Part shown: positions 42,889 to 56,911 of the stretch, one piece after another
How the letters are laid out: each line of letters begins with the position of its first letter
Numbering within the stretch: the first letter of the stretch is position 1
NCBI GenBank assembly: GCA_963695345.1
Contig: OY968769.1
Coordinates: 1,952,001-2,016,000 of the forward strand
Source: an uncultured Methanomassiliicoccales archaeon
Lineage (GTDB): Archaea > Thermoplasmatota > Thermoplasmata > Methanomassiliicoccales > UBA472
Length of the DNA: 64,000 bases
Direction: 5' to 3'
The notes under the pieces: model-generated
The model's input: only the letters and a program-made list of their open reading frames with translations
What the model was told of the DNA's origin: nothing
The model's database searches: none
Translations under genes and position numbers: made by a program

Positions 42889-44155
42889 CACTGTACCTCC
42901 ATTTTTGCCCCGAGCGATACCATGTCGCGTACGAAACCGGGATAGGATATCTTGAAGCAATCGCCATCGCCTATGGAAGTCTCGCCTTCCGCCACCAGGG
43001 CCGCGACCGCCGCCGCCATCAGTATGCGGTGATCGGCCATCGGTTCCACGGCTGCGCCCTTAAGCTGGCACAGTCCCGCGTATCTGGCAGCCGTCCTGTC
43101 TCTCCTCTATCTCGGCGCCCATGTCCTTGAGGAAATTGACGGTGGCGGCGATCCGGTCGCTCTCCTTGTAGCGCACATGCTCCGCGTTGAAGATGGTGGT
43201 CACGCCGCTCGCCTGGGTCGCCACTACGGCGACGATGGGGAACAGGTCCGGGGCATCCGCCAGGTCGATCTCGGTTCCGTGAAGCGGCGCCGAGCTGACG
43301 GTTATGGCGTCCTCCCTTTGGGTCACAGAAGCACCGAACCGCCCGAGTATTTCGACGAAGCTCCGGTCCCCCTGACGGTCCTTGGGGTTCAGGTTGGTGA
43401 CCGTAGCCCTCCCCGCCAGCGCTCCCGCCGCCAGTGGGAAGGCGGCGGAGGAGAAATCTCCCGGGACGATATAGTCCTGGGCCTGGTAGCTCTGCCCGCC
43501 CGGGACATGGAATGAACCGTCCGACTCGGAGCATTCCGCCCCGAAGCGGGACATCATGTCCATGGTGATCTCGACATAGGGTCGGGACTTGAGCTCGGTG
43601 GTGATATGGATGTCGGTGTCGACCTCCTTCAGGGGAGATGACATGAGCAGGGATGAGATGAACTGGGAACTGATATCGCCCGGGATGTGCGTCTCGCTTC
43701 CCGTGTTGGGCCCCCTTACGATCAGCGGGGCCAGCCCATTGCCTCTGGATGAATGGCACTCCACTCCCAGCTCGCGCAGCGCTGAGATGAGCGGTTGCAT
43801 CGGCCGGCGCCTTATGGACTCGTCCCCGGTGAGAACGGTATGGCAGGGCAGGAGCGACGCGATCCCGGCCACGATCCGGATGGTGGTGCCGGAGTTTTCG
43901 GCGTTGATGACGTCGTCAGGGCAGGTCAGGTCGCCCCCTTCGATGATGCACCGTTCCCCCTCGAAACTGACCACGCCCCCCAGTTTCCTGACCGCGTTGA
44001 GGGTGGCCAGCGTATCTCCTCCCAAGCAGCACGTTGTCAAGCCGGGAGGTACCGTTCCCGAGCAGGGCCAGCATCATCGCTCGGTGCGTATAGCTCTTGG
44101 ACGGGGAGGCGGATAGCGTCCCCTCGATCTCCGACCGACTTACCAGTAATCTCAT
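42888..44155 (-). CDS. aroA: EPSP synthase, frameshifted
   Basis: PSKSYTHRA, ENSGTT.R, RRPM, SSQF.S, PGDFSSA, KESDR, DHR. Confidence 0.95.
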
Positions 44156-45012
44156 GCGTTCGCACCGTTGAATATGTCGGTTATTATGAACTCTTTGGTG
44201 GATTTTATGTCAGATAGGAATTTTTCGAGCTTCTCGGAATCGACCAGGATCGCCGTTGCCGGGCCGGTACCGGACAGACCTGCCGATCTCGCGCCCAGCT
44301 CGAGTGCCCTGAAGGACTATGTCCTGGTCTACGCCTCAGGGCCGATGCGTAGCAAATGCCATTGAGCTTCATGGCTCCGAGATAGTCCCCTTCCATCGCC
44401 ATCTGGAAGGCTATCTCGGCCACGTCCGCCACTGCCGATATGCGGGCCCGGGGCAGGCCCGACTTCCTGGTCTGGAAAGGCGGGACATGGATGACCACCT
44501 TCAGATCGGGGTCCATCGGCTCCCGCCTGATCAGTTCGTTCTTCCGATTGTCAGTGACCACCGCCCCGCCCAGCCAGGCGGCGCAGGCGTCATCGAAGGC
44601 CCCGGTGATCGACACCTCGGCGTCGATGGCACACTTGGTGCCCAGGCGTATCGCGTACAACGGTTCGATGCTCTCATCCAACGCGTCCAACGTGGCCATG
44701 ATCACCGCGTTGGCCGCCGCGCTGCTGCTCTTCAGTCCCCGGGACACCGGGATCTGCGACCTGGTGACGATCTTCGCCCCCAAGATTCTCGCCTGGCATC
44801 AGCTTGTCCACCACCGATCGAAAGCAGTTCTCCACCAATCTCGTCGGTTCTCCCGTGAAACCTTCGATGGTCACCTCCACCTCGGGCGACTCATGTATGG
44901 TGACCTCGGCCCATGTCTTCAGATCGATGCCGAACGCCGCTCCCTTGCCGGTGGCGATGGCGTTGACGATGGTGGCCGCCCCGTGGGACACTCCTTTCCC
45001 GACGCGGTTCAT
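44152..45012 (-). CDS. aroK: Archaeal GHMP-family shikimate kinase, frameshifted
   Basis: GAATIVNAIATGKG, IP..RGLKSSSA, ITGAFDDA, SGTGPA. Confidence 0.92.
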
Positions 45013-46469
45013 GGGAGGGCCTCCCTGAAGGCCTGCTCCATCACCTCGTATGTTGGAGCCTTGCCCGTCCACAGCTCGAAGGCCTTCAGGGCCTGGTAGA
45101 TCAGCATGTCCTTGCCCGATACGGCATTGGCGCCCTTCTCCGTGGCCACCTCCATAAGCTTGGTCACCGATGGATTGTAGATGGTGTCGAGGACCAGCAT
45201 GTCCTTCTTGATGATCTCGGCGGGCAGGGGGAGCTCGTTCGGGAATCCTTTCATTCCGACCGGCGTGCAGTTGACCACTGCGGCATAATGTCCCTTCGTC
45301 AGGGAATCGAACTCCACCGCGGTGACGTTGTCGAACTTGTCCGCCAGCGAGGCGGCCTTGGTGCTGGTGCGGTTCGTTATCCTGACCTTCGCTCCCGCCT
45401 CACTGAGGTAAGCGCAGACCGCCTTGGATGCGCCTCCCGCGCCCACCACCAGGACCTCCTTGTCCCGGGCATCGAAGTTGGCCAGCTCGAAGGTCTTGGC
45501 CACTCCGTAGAGGTCGGTGTTGCTCCCTATGAGCGTTCCCTTGTCATTGATGATGGTGTTGACCGCGCCCACCTTTATGGCATGCAGGTCCAGACGGTCG
45601 AGCAGCGATATGACCGATTCCTTGTGCGGAATGGTGACGTTCATCCCCCTCATGTCCAGGTCGAGCATCAGCCCGGTGACCTTTTCCAGTTCCACCGGTG
45701 CCGCCGGGAGCTTGAAGTACATGCCGGGAAGGCGGAGCGCCCGGAACGCCGCGTTGTGCATGGCCGGGGATACCGTGTGCTCAAGGGGATATCCGGTTAT
45801 CCCGGTGACGATGGCCTTGTTCCCCAGCCATTTCATCGTCGCCAGGTCGATCTGCCCCGGTGCCGCTTCCTTGCCCGGCTCGAGGGAAACATAGGTCAGG
45901 CTGGCGCCGAAACGGTTGGCGCAAACCCGGGTTATGCTGCCCATCGCGCCCATCCCGATCAGCGCGAACTTCCTCTCCGCCAGCGAGTACAACTTGCCCG
46001 CAGACACCAGGGAGGCCACGTCGGTGATGGTCTCGGCCTTGTAGACCACCTTGGGGGTATCTCCCTTGGCCCCATTGGCGACCAGACGGTCCACCACGGT
46101 CATGAGACGGGGGCTGGCGTCAAAGATATGCGAGGACACGATGATCCGGATGCCGTCCAGGTCCCGGTGGTGAAGGAGCGGGAAATCCTCCTCCACATCG
46201 ATGAAGTCAAATGCGCCGTTGTATGCTTTGACCAGGAACCTCAGTTTATGCTCCTCGCTGCCCTTGTACCTGCCCCCCTGGGCGACGGAGCGGAGAGTGG
46301 CTATCTTCGGTATCTGGAACTCCTTGAAACGGGAGAAATCCTTGGGGAGCTGGGCAAAATGGTCGAACCTGACCTCTATCAGGTCGGCTCCCAGGCCGAC
46401 GGCCCTGCGCGACGCATCTATGGCCTCGTCCAGACCGGTCTCGACGATAGAAACGCAGTGTTGCATCAT
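45009..46469 (-). CDS. Fused type I 3-dehydroquinate dehydratase / shikimate dehydrogenase (AroD-AroE)
   Basis: ADLIEVRFD, TLR...QGG, SSH, MG..G..TR, APGQ; then G.P..H..SP.MHN, NVTIPHK, GAVNT, NTD, GAGG. Confidence 0.92.
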   Translation of the reverse strand: MMQHCVSIVETGLDEAIDASRRAVGLGADLIEVRFDHFAQLPKDFSRFKEFQIPKIATLRSVAQGGRYKGSEEHKLRFLVKAYNGAFDFIDVEEDFPLLHHRDLDGIRIIVSSHIFDASPRLMTVVDRLVANGAKGDTPKVVYKAETITDVASLVSAGKLYSLAERKFALIGMGAMGSITRVCANRFGASLTYVSLEPGKEAAPGQIDLATMKWLGNKAIVTGITGYPLEHTVSPAMHNAAFRALRLPGMYFKLPAAPVELEKVTGLMLDLDMRGMNVTIPHKESVISLLDRLDLHAIKVGAVNTIINDKGTLIGSNTDLYGVAKTFELANFDARDKEVLVVGAGGASKAVCAYLSEAGAKVRITNRTSTKAASLADKFDNVTAVEFDSLTKGHYAAVVNCTPVGMKGFPNELPLPAEIIKKDMLVLDTIYNPSVTKLMEVATEKGANAVSGKDMLIYQALKAFELWTGKAPTYEVMEQAFREALP

Positions 46470-47503
46470 CTCTCCGTTATGGTCTCTTTGATGGCATGTC
46501 CGAAATGCCTTCCGCCCTGTTCCAGGCGAACCAGGACCTCTTGGCCCGGCTTCAACTCCGAGATCGACACTGGCCCGGTCGGCGTGCACAGGCGGATGGT
46601 CTCCGCGTTCTGCAGGATGGTGGTGAACCTCCTGCCCTCGGTCTCGACCTCCAGGAGGAGCAGGGGCCGAACCTCGATCTTGGAGCGTCCGACCACGACC
46701 GAGCGGCTGTTGCCCTCGGTATCGACCGCCATGACCTCCTCGCCGCTGTTCACCTCCGAAAGGTATTTGGTCTTGCCGTCGGAGGTGAGCACGTAGGCGT
46801 GGACCGCCCCAGCGTTCACGCGGAACGGTCTGGCCGCCACATACTCGCTCTCCATCGCTTCCGATTGGATCAGGAAAAGACAGTTCGACTGGGAACCGAC
46901 CAGCATGCCCTCCCCGATCCGGAGCAACGAACAGGTGTCAAGACAGACCCGGTCCCCGACGTTGACCGGCGCTATGCGGGTGACCTTCACCGCTTTGAGG
47001 GATATCTTCGGCCTTTCGGCCTGCGTAAGCTCCTTGAAGTCCTTGATCGTCGAGGCATCCTTCGGTTCGATGACGATCCCGTCGACGCCGACCTCCAAGG
47101 TCTTCGAGAACACCATGGCCTCTTCCGGAGTGGCCGCACCCGCTAGGATCCTGGTCTTGGACTTCTGGAACTCGGCGATCAGGTTCTCCAGGGGGATGAT
47201 CTTCCAATCATTGGCGGCGATCAGCACGTTGGCCACCTTGCCCTTCAAAGCCGAGGCCTTGGCCAGGTCCTCCGGGTGGTCGATGGTCACCATGGCTCCT
47301 ATCCTTTCACCCTCGAGGAACAGGTCGCTGCCGTTCACCTCGATGGCCTCGAAACGGCCCAGGCGCTTCAGCTCCTTGTCCTCTGCCTTGATCATTATCG
47401 TGGAATACCCGGACTCGAGGGCGGTCGATACGATCTTCTTCCGCTCCTCATATGAACCGAGGTGGTCAGACCTGACCCAGACGGTCTTGCCCTTTTCGCT
47501 CAT
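46466..47503 (-). CDS. 3-dehydroquinate synthase II (AroB')
   Basis: WKIIPLENLIA, LEVGVDG, GDRVCLDTCS, RPFRVNAG.VH, LQNAET, GRHFG. Confidence 0.93.
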   Translation of the reverse strand: MSEKGKTVWVRSDHLGSYEERKKIVSTALESGYSTIMIKAEDKELKRLGRFEAIEVNGSDLFLEGERIGAMVTIDHPEDLAKASALKGKVANVLIAANDWKIIPLENLIAEFQKSKTRILAGAATPEEAMVFSKTLEVGVDGIVIEPKDASTIKDFKELTQAERPKISLKAVKVTRIAPVNVGDRVCLDTCSLLRIGEGMLVGSQSNCLFLIQSEAMESEYVAARPFRVNAGAVHAYVLTSDGKTKYLSEVNSGEEVMAVDTEGNSRSVVVGRSKIEVRPLLLLEVETEGRRFTTILQNAETIRLCTPTGPVSISELKPGQEVLVRLEQGGRHFGHAIKETITER

Positions 47504-47509
47504 CTGGAA

Positions 47510-48301
47510 TCACTTCAACAGCTTGATGGCTTCCTCTACTTCCAGGTCCTCGATGACGATGGCGGAGATCGCCTTTGTGATCCCGGTCACGTTGCGGTGC
47601 TGGAAGATGTTCCTGCCGATCGAGACGCCCTTGCCGCCGGCGTCGACCGAGTCGCGCACCATCTGCAACAGCTTCTCATCCGAGTCGATCTTCGGGCCGC
47701 CTGCGATGACGACCGGCGCCAATGCGCCCCTTACCAGCTCGCGGAAGGAATCGATGTCCCCGGTGTAGTTGGTCTTGACGATATCGGCTCCCATCTCTGC
47801 CGCCGCTCGCGCACAGAGCTTGAGTTTGTCTATGTCATAGGCATCGGCGGCGTCCTTGCCCCGCGGGTAGATCATGCACAGGAGCGGAACGCCCCATTCG
47901 GTGCAGCTTCGGCTCACCTGGCCGAAATCGGACAGCATCTGGTCGTCCCAATCGTTGCCCAGGTTGACATGGATCGAGCATGCGTCCGCCCCCATCTTCA
48001 GCGTCTCCTCGACGGTCGTGACGAGGACCTTCTTGCTCGGGTTCGGACTGAGGTTAGTGGAAGCTGAAAGGTGAACGATGAGTCCGATGTCTCGCCCAAA
48101 GGACCGGTGGCTGTACGGGGGAATGCCTTTGTGCAACACTATGGCGGTCGCCCCTCCCTGTGACACCTTGTCTATCGTGGACTTCATGTCCAGCAGTCCT
48201 TCCATGGGTCCCATCGATATGCCGTGGTCCAACGGGACGATTACGGCGCGGCCGGTCGACCGGTCCATGATGCGCTCCATCCTTACGCTCTTGCCAAGCA
48301 C
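47510..48301 (-). CDS. 2-amino-3,7-dideoxy-D-threo-hept-6-ulosonate (ADH) synthase (AroA')
   Basis: PLDHG...GP, HKG, HLSAST, YPRG, GADIVKT.Y, AGG, GRNIFQ; adjacent to AroB'. Confidence 0.9.
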   Translation of the reverse strand: MLGKSVRMERIMDRSTGRAVIVPLDHGISMGPMEGLLDMKSTIDKVSQGGATAIVLHKGIPPYSHRSFGRDIGLIVHLSASTNLSPNPSKKVLVTTVEETLKMGADACSIHVNLGNDWDDQMLSDFGQVSRSCTEWGVPLLCMIYPRGKDAADAYDIDKLKLCARAAAEMGADIVKTNYTGDIDSFRELVRGALAPVVIAGGPKIDSDEKLLQMVRDSVDAGGKGVSIGRNIFQHRNVTGITKAISAIVIEDLEVEEAIKLLK

Positions 48302-48520
48302 TGTATCACCCTTTTCCGTGTCAATGTCTAGCATGCTTATGTAAGTTTCGCCATTTACGATGGTTCGAACTGCACTTCATGGCCATACCATCTCTGGTCG
48401 ACATTGAACGGATCCACCTCATCATTGGTTCTTCCTTGCTTATACATTTCCACGGAAGTACGCTGTTCAAAGAGGTCCAATGATAACCAATATTATACAG
48501 TAGGTGATTGTCGTGAGCAT

Positions 48521-49021
48521 ATGTGGAAGCAGATCGCGAACTACTTTGGCCGTTACCCATCGCAGGCGAAGGTGGCAAAGCTGCTGTTGGAAAATGGTAT
48601 GAGGGTGAGCGAAGGCCGGATCTACTGCGGGGACGTAGAGGTGGCGGACGTCGCACTGGGCCGAGCGGCGGGGGTGGACCGTCGGATTGTCCGTTCCGCC
48701 ATCGAGACCATCGAGTCCAGCCCGGAGCTGTCGAAGGTGTTCGCCGCGTTGAGGCCGACCTTGCTCCTCAGGGATGTGGCGCCGGTCATGGGCTGGTCGG
48801 CGATTGAGATAATCCCCAGCAATGCCACCACCACCGGGATCGTCGCCGACGTCACCACGGTCATTTCCAATGCGGGCATCAGCATCAGGCAGGTGCTGGT
48901 CGGCGACCCCGACCTTAGCATCGAGCCAAAATTGTACGTTATCACGCAGAGCCCGGTGCCCTCAGAGCTGATTCCAAGTCTCAAGGCTTGCCGGGGCGTA
49001 AAATCGATCGTCATTTACTGA
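48521..49021 (+). CDS. Predicted regulator of amino-acid metabolism with ACT domain (COG2150-like)
   Basis: F..YPSQ.KVA..LL..G, HTH-like LGRAAGVDRRIV, C-terminal ACT (GIVADV...ISIRQ...DP). Confidence 0.8.
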   Translation: MWKQIANYFGRYPSQAKVAKLLLENGMRVSEGRIYCGDVEVADVALGRAAGVDRRIVRSAIETIESSPELSKVFAALRPTLLLRDVAPVMGWSAIEIIPSNATTTGIVADVTTVISNAGISIRQVLVGDPDLSIEPKLYVITQSPVPSELIPSLKACRGVKSIVIY

Positions 49022-49026
49022 TCACC

Positions 49027-49929
49027 ATGGTAACCGTCAAAAATGGCTCTCCCGCTCCCTACATCGGAGTGGCCGTCGCTGTCCTCAGCGTATCCTTTGC
49101 CTCGATTTTCATACGCTGGAGCGACTCGCCGCCGGTGGTCATAGCGGCATACCGGATGCTCTTCGCCTCGATCATGCTGCTTCCATTCGCGATCATTCAC
49201 CGGGAGGCGCAATTCCAGCTGCTGGACCGGAAGACGATATCATGGCTGCTGGTCATCGGGTTGATATTGGCATTGCACTTCGCCACCTGGATCACGTCGC
49301 TGGGAATGACATCGGTGGCCAGCTCCACCATTCTGGTCACCGCTCACCCCTTGCTTGTCGGGGCGGTCTCCATTCTACTGTTCAAGGAATCCGGAAAATG
49401 GACCGCGATCGGAGTGGCCATCGGATTCTCCGGCGTCGTCTTCATCTCGTTGTTCTCCCTGCAGGACGGCTCCTGGGACGGTAACCTTCTGGCCCTGATC
49501 GGCGGAGTGTTCGCCGGCATTTATATCCTGGCCGGTCGGGTCCTGAGGAAGAAGGTGAATCTGATCGCCTACGCCTTCATCATCTATCTGACCGCGGCCG
49601 CATTCCTGTTCTTGGCCTGTGTTGTTCTTGGCCAACCGATATGGCCCTACCCGGTCGAGGAGTTCATCCTCTTCCTTCTATTGGCCGGTGTCTCGACCAT
49701 ACTCGGCCATACCCTCTATAACTGGTCCTTGAAGTATGTGACCGCCCCCTTGGTCAGCTCATCTCTGCTGGGGGAACCGATCCTAGCTTCGGTGCTGGCT
49801 ATATTCCTGCTTTCCGAGCTTCCTTCCCCCTACATCTTTGTCGGCGGAGCATTGATCCTCGCCGGCGTGCTGTTCGTGCTCTACGACGAGCTGTCGACCC
49901 GCAGGGTCCGGGATGTTGGTAGGGACTGA
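49027..49929 (+). CDS. EamA/DMT-family transporter
   Basis: About 10 transmembrane helices; SIFIR, YR, SL..TSVA.S, GHTLYNWSL, GEPILA. Confidence 0.9.
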   Translation: MVTVKNGSPAPYIGVAVAVLSVSFASIFIRWSDSPPVVIAAYRMLFASIMLLPFAIIHREAQFQLLDRKTISWLLVIGLILALHFATWITSLGMTSVASSTILVTAHPLLVGAVSILLFKESGKWTAIGVAIGFSGVVFISLFSLQDGSWDGNLLALIGGVFAGIYILAGRVLRKKVNLIAYAFIIYLTAAAFLFLACVVLGQPIWPYPVEEFILFLLLAGVSTILGHTLYNWSLKYVTAPLVSSSLLGEPILASVLAIFLLSELPSPYIFVGGALILAGVLFVLYDELSTRRVRDVGRD

Positions 49930-50127
49930 AATCTGGGCTGGGGACCGATCTCATCACCATACCGGACGCTGACAGATGCATGGTCCAAGGATCATGAAAA
50001 ACTAAAAAACTCTGCTGAGAGAGGCCGGGGACCTTTCTCTTGGAAGTGTTGCGTTTCGATCAGGAGGTCGATTCGAAGGCATTTTTGAACGTCTCCAAAG
50101 TTGAGCCTCCCGATCAATTGAAGCTCA

Positions 50128-50487
50128 TTACTGTGCGACCAGCCAATCCATCGCCTCTCCTCTTGAAGGGAAGGAGGCGATATTGCGGCGGGTCTGCATC
50201 GAGACAACGTTCTGCAGGACGGTCTTTGCGCCCTCTACTCCGACCACCGCTGACGCCTTTACATAAGGCGTGTTCTTGGCGGCAAATTCCTTTATTGCCG
50301 CCCCCGTCTCCTGATTGTAAGCGGCTTTGGTGGCATCAGTCATGATGAGAGCGCTGTTTGCTGGCAGTTTCGAAATCTTCGCCTGCGCTTCCTTGAGCGC
50401 GACAACAAGTTGCTCGGTGGTGCTATTCGACAGATCAACCAAGACTATGCTTTTTCCCTTGTATGACACCATTTCGAAGGATTTCAT
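50128..50487 (-). CDS. Small hypothetical protein, possibly SpoIIAA/STAS-like fold
   Basis: 119-aa ORF ending F.S..EA.DWL; alternating beta/alpha pattern. Confidence 0.6.
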   Translation of the reverse strand: MKSFEMVSYKGKSIVLVDLSNSTTEQLVVALKEAQAKISKLPANSALIMTDATKAAYNQETGAAIKEFAAKNTPYVKASAVVGVEGAKTVLQNVVSMQTRRNIASFPSRGEAMDWLVAQ

Positions 50488-50617
50488 GTAATTCCAACCG
50501 GCGACCGATGGTTCGCCTTTCCTTCTATTACGAATCTTCGTTTAATGACTTCGCCGTCGATGACGGCATTTGATATTAGTGATTCGAACTGCCCATCGAC
50601 GGGACAATGGCACGATC

Positions 50618-53826
<3,209 letters not shown>

Positions 53827-53830
<4 letters not shown>

Positions 53831-54910
53831 TTCCTGACCTCCATCATCTTGCCGAACTCGTCGAACAGGAACCCGGTGTCCCTCGGTCCGGGGCACGCCT
53901 CCGGATGGTATTGGGCGGAGAAGATCGGAAGTTCCGTGTGCCTCATGCCCTCCACGGTGCCATCGTTGACGTTGGTCTGTTCGACCACCAGGCCGCTGCC
54001 GTCGATCGACTCCGGGTCGACCGCGTATCCGTGGTTCTGTGAGGTGATGAACACCCGGTTGCGGTACTTCACCGGCTGGTTCGCGCCGCGGTGACCGAAC
54101 TTCATCTTGTAGGTGGAGCCGCCGAACGCCAGCCCGAGCAGCTGGTTTCCCATGCAGATGCCCATTATCGGGTAGTCGTCCTTGATATCCCGTATGGTCT
54201 GGATGGTCGTGCTCTTCAGTTCCGGATGGGAGGGGTCCCCCGGTCCGTTGGAGATCATCACACCGTCGATGTGATGGTCGCGGAAGAACTTCTTCGGCGT
54301 GTCATAGGGAAGTTGGTAGACGTTGAACCGCTTGTGCAGCTCCCGAACAATGTTGGCTTTGACGCCGCAGTCGAACAGGGCGACGGTCTTGGCCGCATCC
54401 GCGTTCTTATGAAAAATGACCTCCTTCGTGCTGGCCAATCCGACCAGGTTGTCGTCCGATGGGTAGGCCATGGTGCGCAGCTTCTTGACGACCTCTTCCG
54501 GGTCCTCATCGTATACGATGGCACCGCGGAGCGTACCCCTCTCCCTGTATCTTGATAATTATCGACCGGGTGTCGAGGTCGGATATCCCAGGGACGTTCT
54601 CGTTCTTGAGATAGGAGCCTAAGGTCTTCCCTCCGTACATTTCGGACGGTTCGGTACTGTTCTGCCTGACCGCGAATCCTCGGACCTGTACCTTTCCCGA
54701 TTCAACATCATGGGGGTTGACCCCGTAGTTGCCGATAAGTGGATAGGACATTATCAGGATCTGTCCCATGTAGGAAGGGTCGGTCAAGCTTTCCTGATAT
54801 CCGGTCATTCCGGTGTTGAAAACGACCTCGCCAAAAGCGGTCTTACCGGAACCAAAACCAGTGCCTTCCATTACCGTTCCATCTTCGAGTACAAGGAAGC
54901 ACTTTGCCAT
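53827..54910 (-). CDS. carA: Carbamoyl-phosphate synthase small subunit, frameshift near 54540
   Basis: GEVVFNTGMTGYQE, SNGPGDP, GICMG, FGHRG.N, QYHPE. Confidence 0.96.
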
Positions 54911-55118
54911 TAAGAATCGATGGTATAGTTAGGGGGTACTTAACTTTTTTTGAGCCATCCCCTACATATGGCAGAGGAGTTTGTCCATCGTTGGACATAA
55001 CGCTGCAAATGGCTGCTGCCTGATGCATGCGGTTATGGAATGGTGAGTAAAGGCGATATTTCGGGAATGGTGAGCAAACAATTATTACAAAGTTTACTGA
55101 CTAGGAGCGGAGGGGAAT

Positions 55119-55760
55119 TTGGCAGATAGATGCATGATTTGTGGCAGTGGCGGTGTGTTCGCGAATTTCTACCAATGTGGACTGTGCGGGGGCAAGATCT
55201 GCTTCTATCATCCAGAACAGCTCAAGGATTGCCAAATCAATCTTCGACCAGAACTGGTCTCTTACATCTACGCCTATGATCAAGGATCAGCGGAGGGATT
55301 AGCCTTACGTAGAAAATTGAGCTCCACCGGCAACAGCAGTTTTGCCTTCGTCTGCCTGCATTGCAGATCCTGGGTAAATGGATGGAGCAAGGCCCAATAT
55401 GAGAACGAGAAGTTTATCGAACGTCAAAGATCGATCGACCTTGCCAAGAAATTCGAGATGGCGGGCCGATATGAGGATGCGGCCAGGCAATACGAGAGCG
55501 CTGATATGTGGAAAGAGGCGGGCGAAGTACGCCGCCAGAGCAATACCACGATTGTGAAGAATGTGTCCGTCAACCTGAACGAACTAATGGCAGATCTGAG
55601 AAGGGGAGGTCTTGCCCTGAACTATAAATGCCATAACTGTGGTGGCACGCTCACAATAGATGGAAAAGCTGCCCAGACAAACATGGCATTCTGTCCTTAT
55701 TGTGGGTCGAAGATTGATACAGAAACCTTGGCTAGTCTCCTCAAGACCGCGCTGGGATGA
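55119..55760 (+). CDS. Multi-zinc-finger hypothetical protein
   Basis: CMIC...CGLC...C..H, CLHC, a helical repeat, CHNCG...CPYCG. Confidence 0.72.
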   Translation: MADRCMICGSGGVFANFYQCGLCGGKICFYHPEQLKDCQINLRPELVSYIYAYDQGSAEGLALRRKLSSTGNSSFAFVCLHCRSWVNGWSKAQYENEKFIERQRSIDLAKKFEMAGRYEDAARQYESADMWKEAGEVRRQSNTTIVKNVSVNLNELMADLRRGGLALNYKCHNCGGTLTIDGKAAQTNMAFCPYCGSKIDTETLASLLKTALG

Positions 55761-55833
55761 TATAGTCAAGGGTTTGAATCCCATTGTTCCTCTGCCCAAT
55801 GCTATAATATTGTTTGATCCTTAACTGGAACAG

Positions 55834-56886
55834 ATGCGCGTTCTCCATCAGGACCGGTTCAAGGGAGAGATCAAGGTGCAGATCGATGCGCCGGACGATC
55901 TTTGGCACCTCTACAACATCATTCAGATAGGAGACATCCTGGTCGCCTCCACCTACCGGCGCGATGAATCGGCCAAGGTCGACAAGGTCAGGGCGGAGCG
56001 TTCGGACAAGAAACGGATGGTCCTGGGCGTCAAGGTGGAGAAGATGGAGTTCCATGAGTTCGACATACGGTTAAGGGTTACCGGCGTCATCGTGGAAGGG
56101 GAACAGGACATCGGCTCCTACCACACCCTCAACCTCGAGGAGGGGGAGCAGGTCGCAATAGTCAAAACGGAATGGAAACCCTCCCAACTGGAACGGGTCC
56201 GCAGATCCGTGGAGGATTCAAGGAAACCGACAATCGTGTTCGTCGCCCTGGAGAACGATGAGGCGGTCATCGCGGTGATGAGGCAGGCCGGCATCCAGCG
56301 GGTGGCGGAGATAACCGGTCCGTCTGGCGGCAAGATGTACGAGCAGAAACCGTCCAACGAATACTACACCGAGGTGCTGGCGAAGCTCAAGCAGGTGGCG
56401 GTGGGCGGCGTTCCGGTGGTCATACTGGGGCCGGGTTTCGCCAAGGAGACGTTGCTCGAACTGGGCAAGGAGAAGGAACCGGAGATATTCGAGAAATCGT
56501 TCGTCTATCATACCGGCCAAGCCGGGATGACCGGCATCCATGAGCTGATGAAGCGAGGTCTTGGGAGCGAGGTGCTGAAGGACTCGCGCGTTGCCCAGGA
56601 GGTCAATCTGGTGGAGAAGGTGCTCGAGGAGATCGCTAAGGACGGGCCGGTGGCATATGGACCGAAGGAGGTCCGCCAGGCGGTGGAGGCAGGGGCGGTC
56701 GAGACCCTCCTGATCGTCGACAAAGTCGTACGTGACAAGGACTACGAGAGGATGATGAAGGCGGTCGAGGATCAAAGGGGTACGGTCGTGGTCGTCTCGG
56801 AGCATCACGAGGGGGGCAAGAAGCTCGATTCGATCGGCGGCATGGCGGCGCTGCTCCGGTATAGGATCGCCGCACCTTTAGGGTAA
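55834..56886 (+). CDS. pelA: mRNA surveillance protein Pelota (aDom34)
   Basis: DDLWHL, YHTL, GPGF.KE, YG..EV..A...GAV..LL, GG.AALLRY. Confidence 0.95.
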   Translation: MRVLHQDRFKGEIKVQIDAPDDLWHLYNIIQIGDILVASTYRRDESAKVDKVRAERSDKKRMVLGVKVEKMEFHEFDIRLRVTGVIVEGEQDIGSYHTLNLEEGEQVAIVKTEWKPSQLERVRRSVEDSRKPTIVFVALENDEAVIAVMRQAGIQRVAEITGPSGGKMYEQKPSNEYYTEVLAKLKQVAVGGVPVVILGPGFAKETLLELGKEKEPEIFEKSFVYHTGQAGMTGIHELMKRGLGSEVLKDSRVAQEVNLVEKVLEEIAKDGPVAYGPKEVRQAVEAGAVETLLIVDKVVRDKDYERMMKAVEDQRGTVVVVSEHHEGGKKLDSIGGMAALLRYRIAAPLG

Positions 56887-56911
56887 CTACCGAAACGAAG
56901 GCTTTCAGCCC

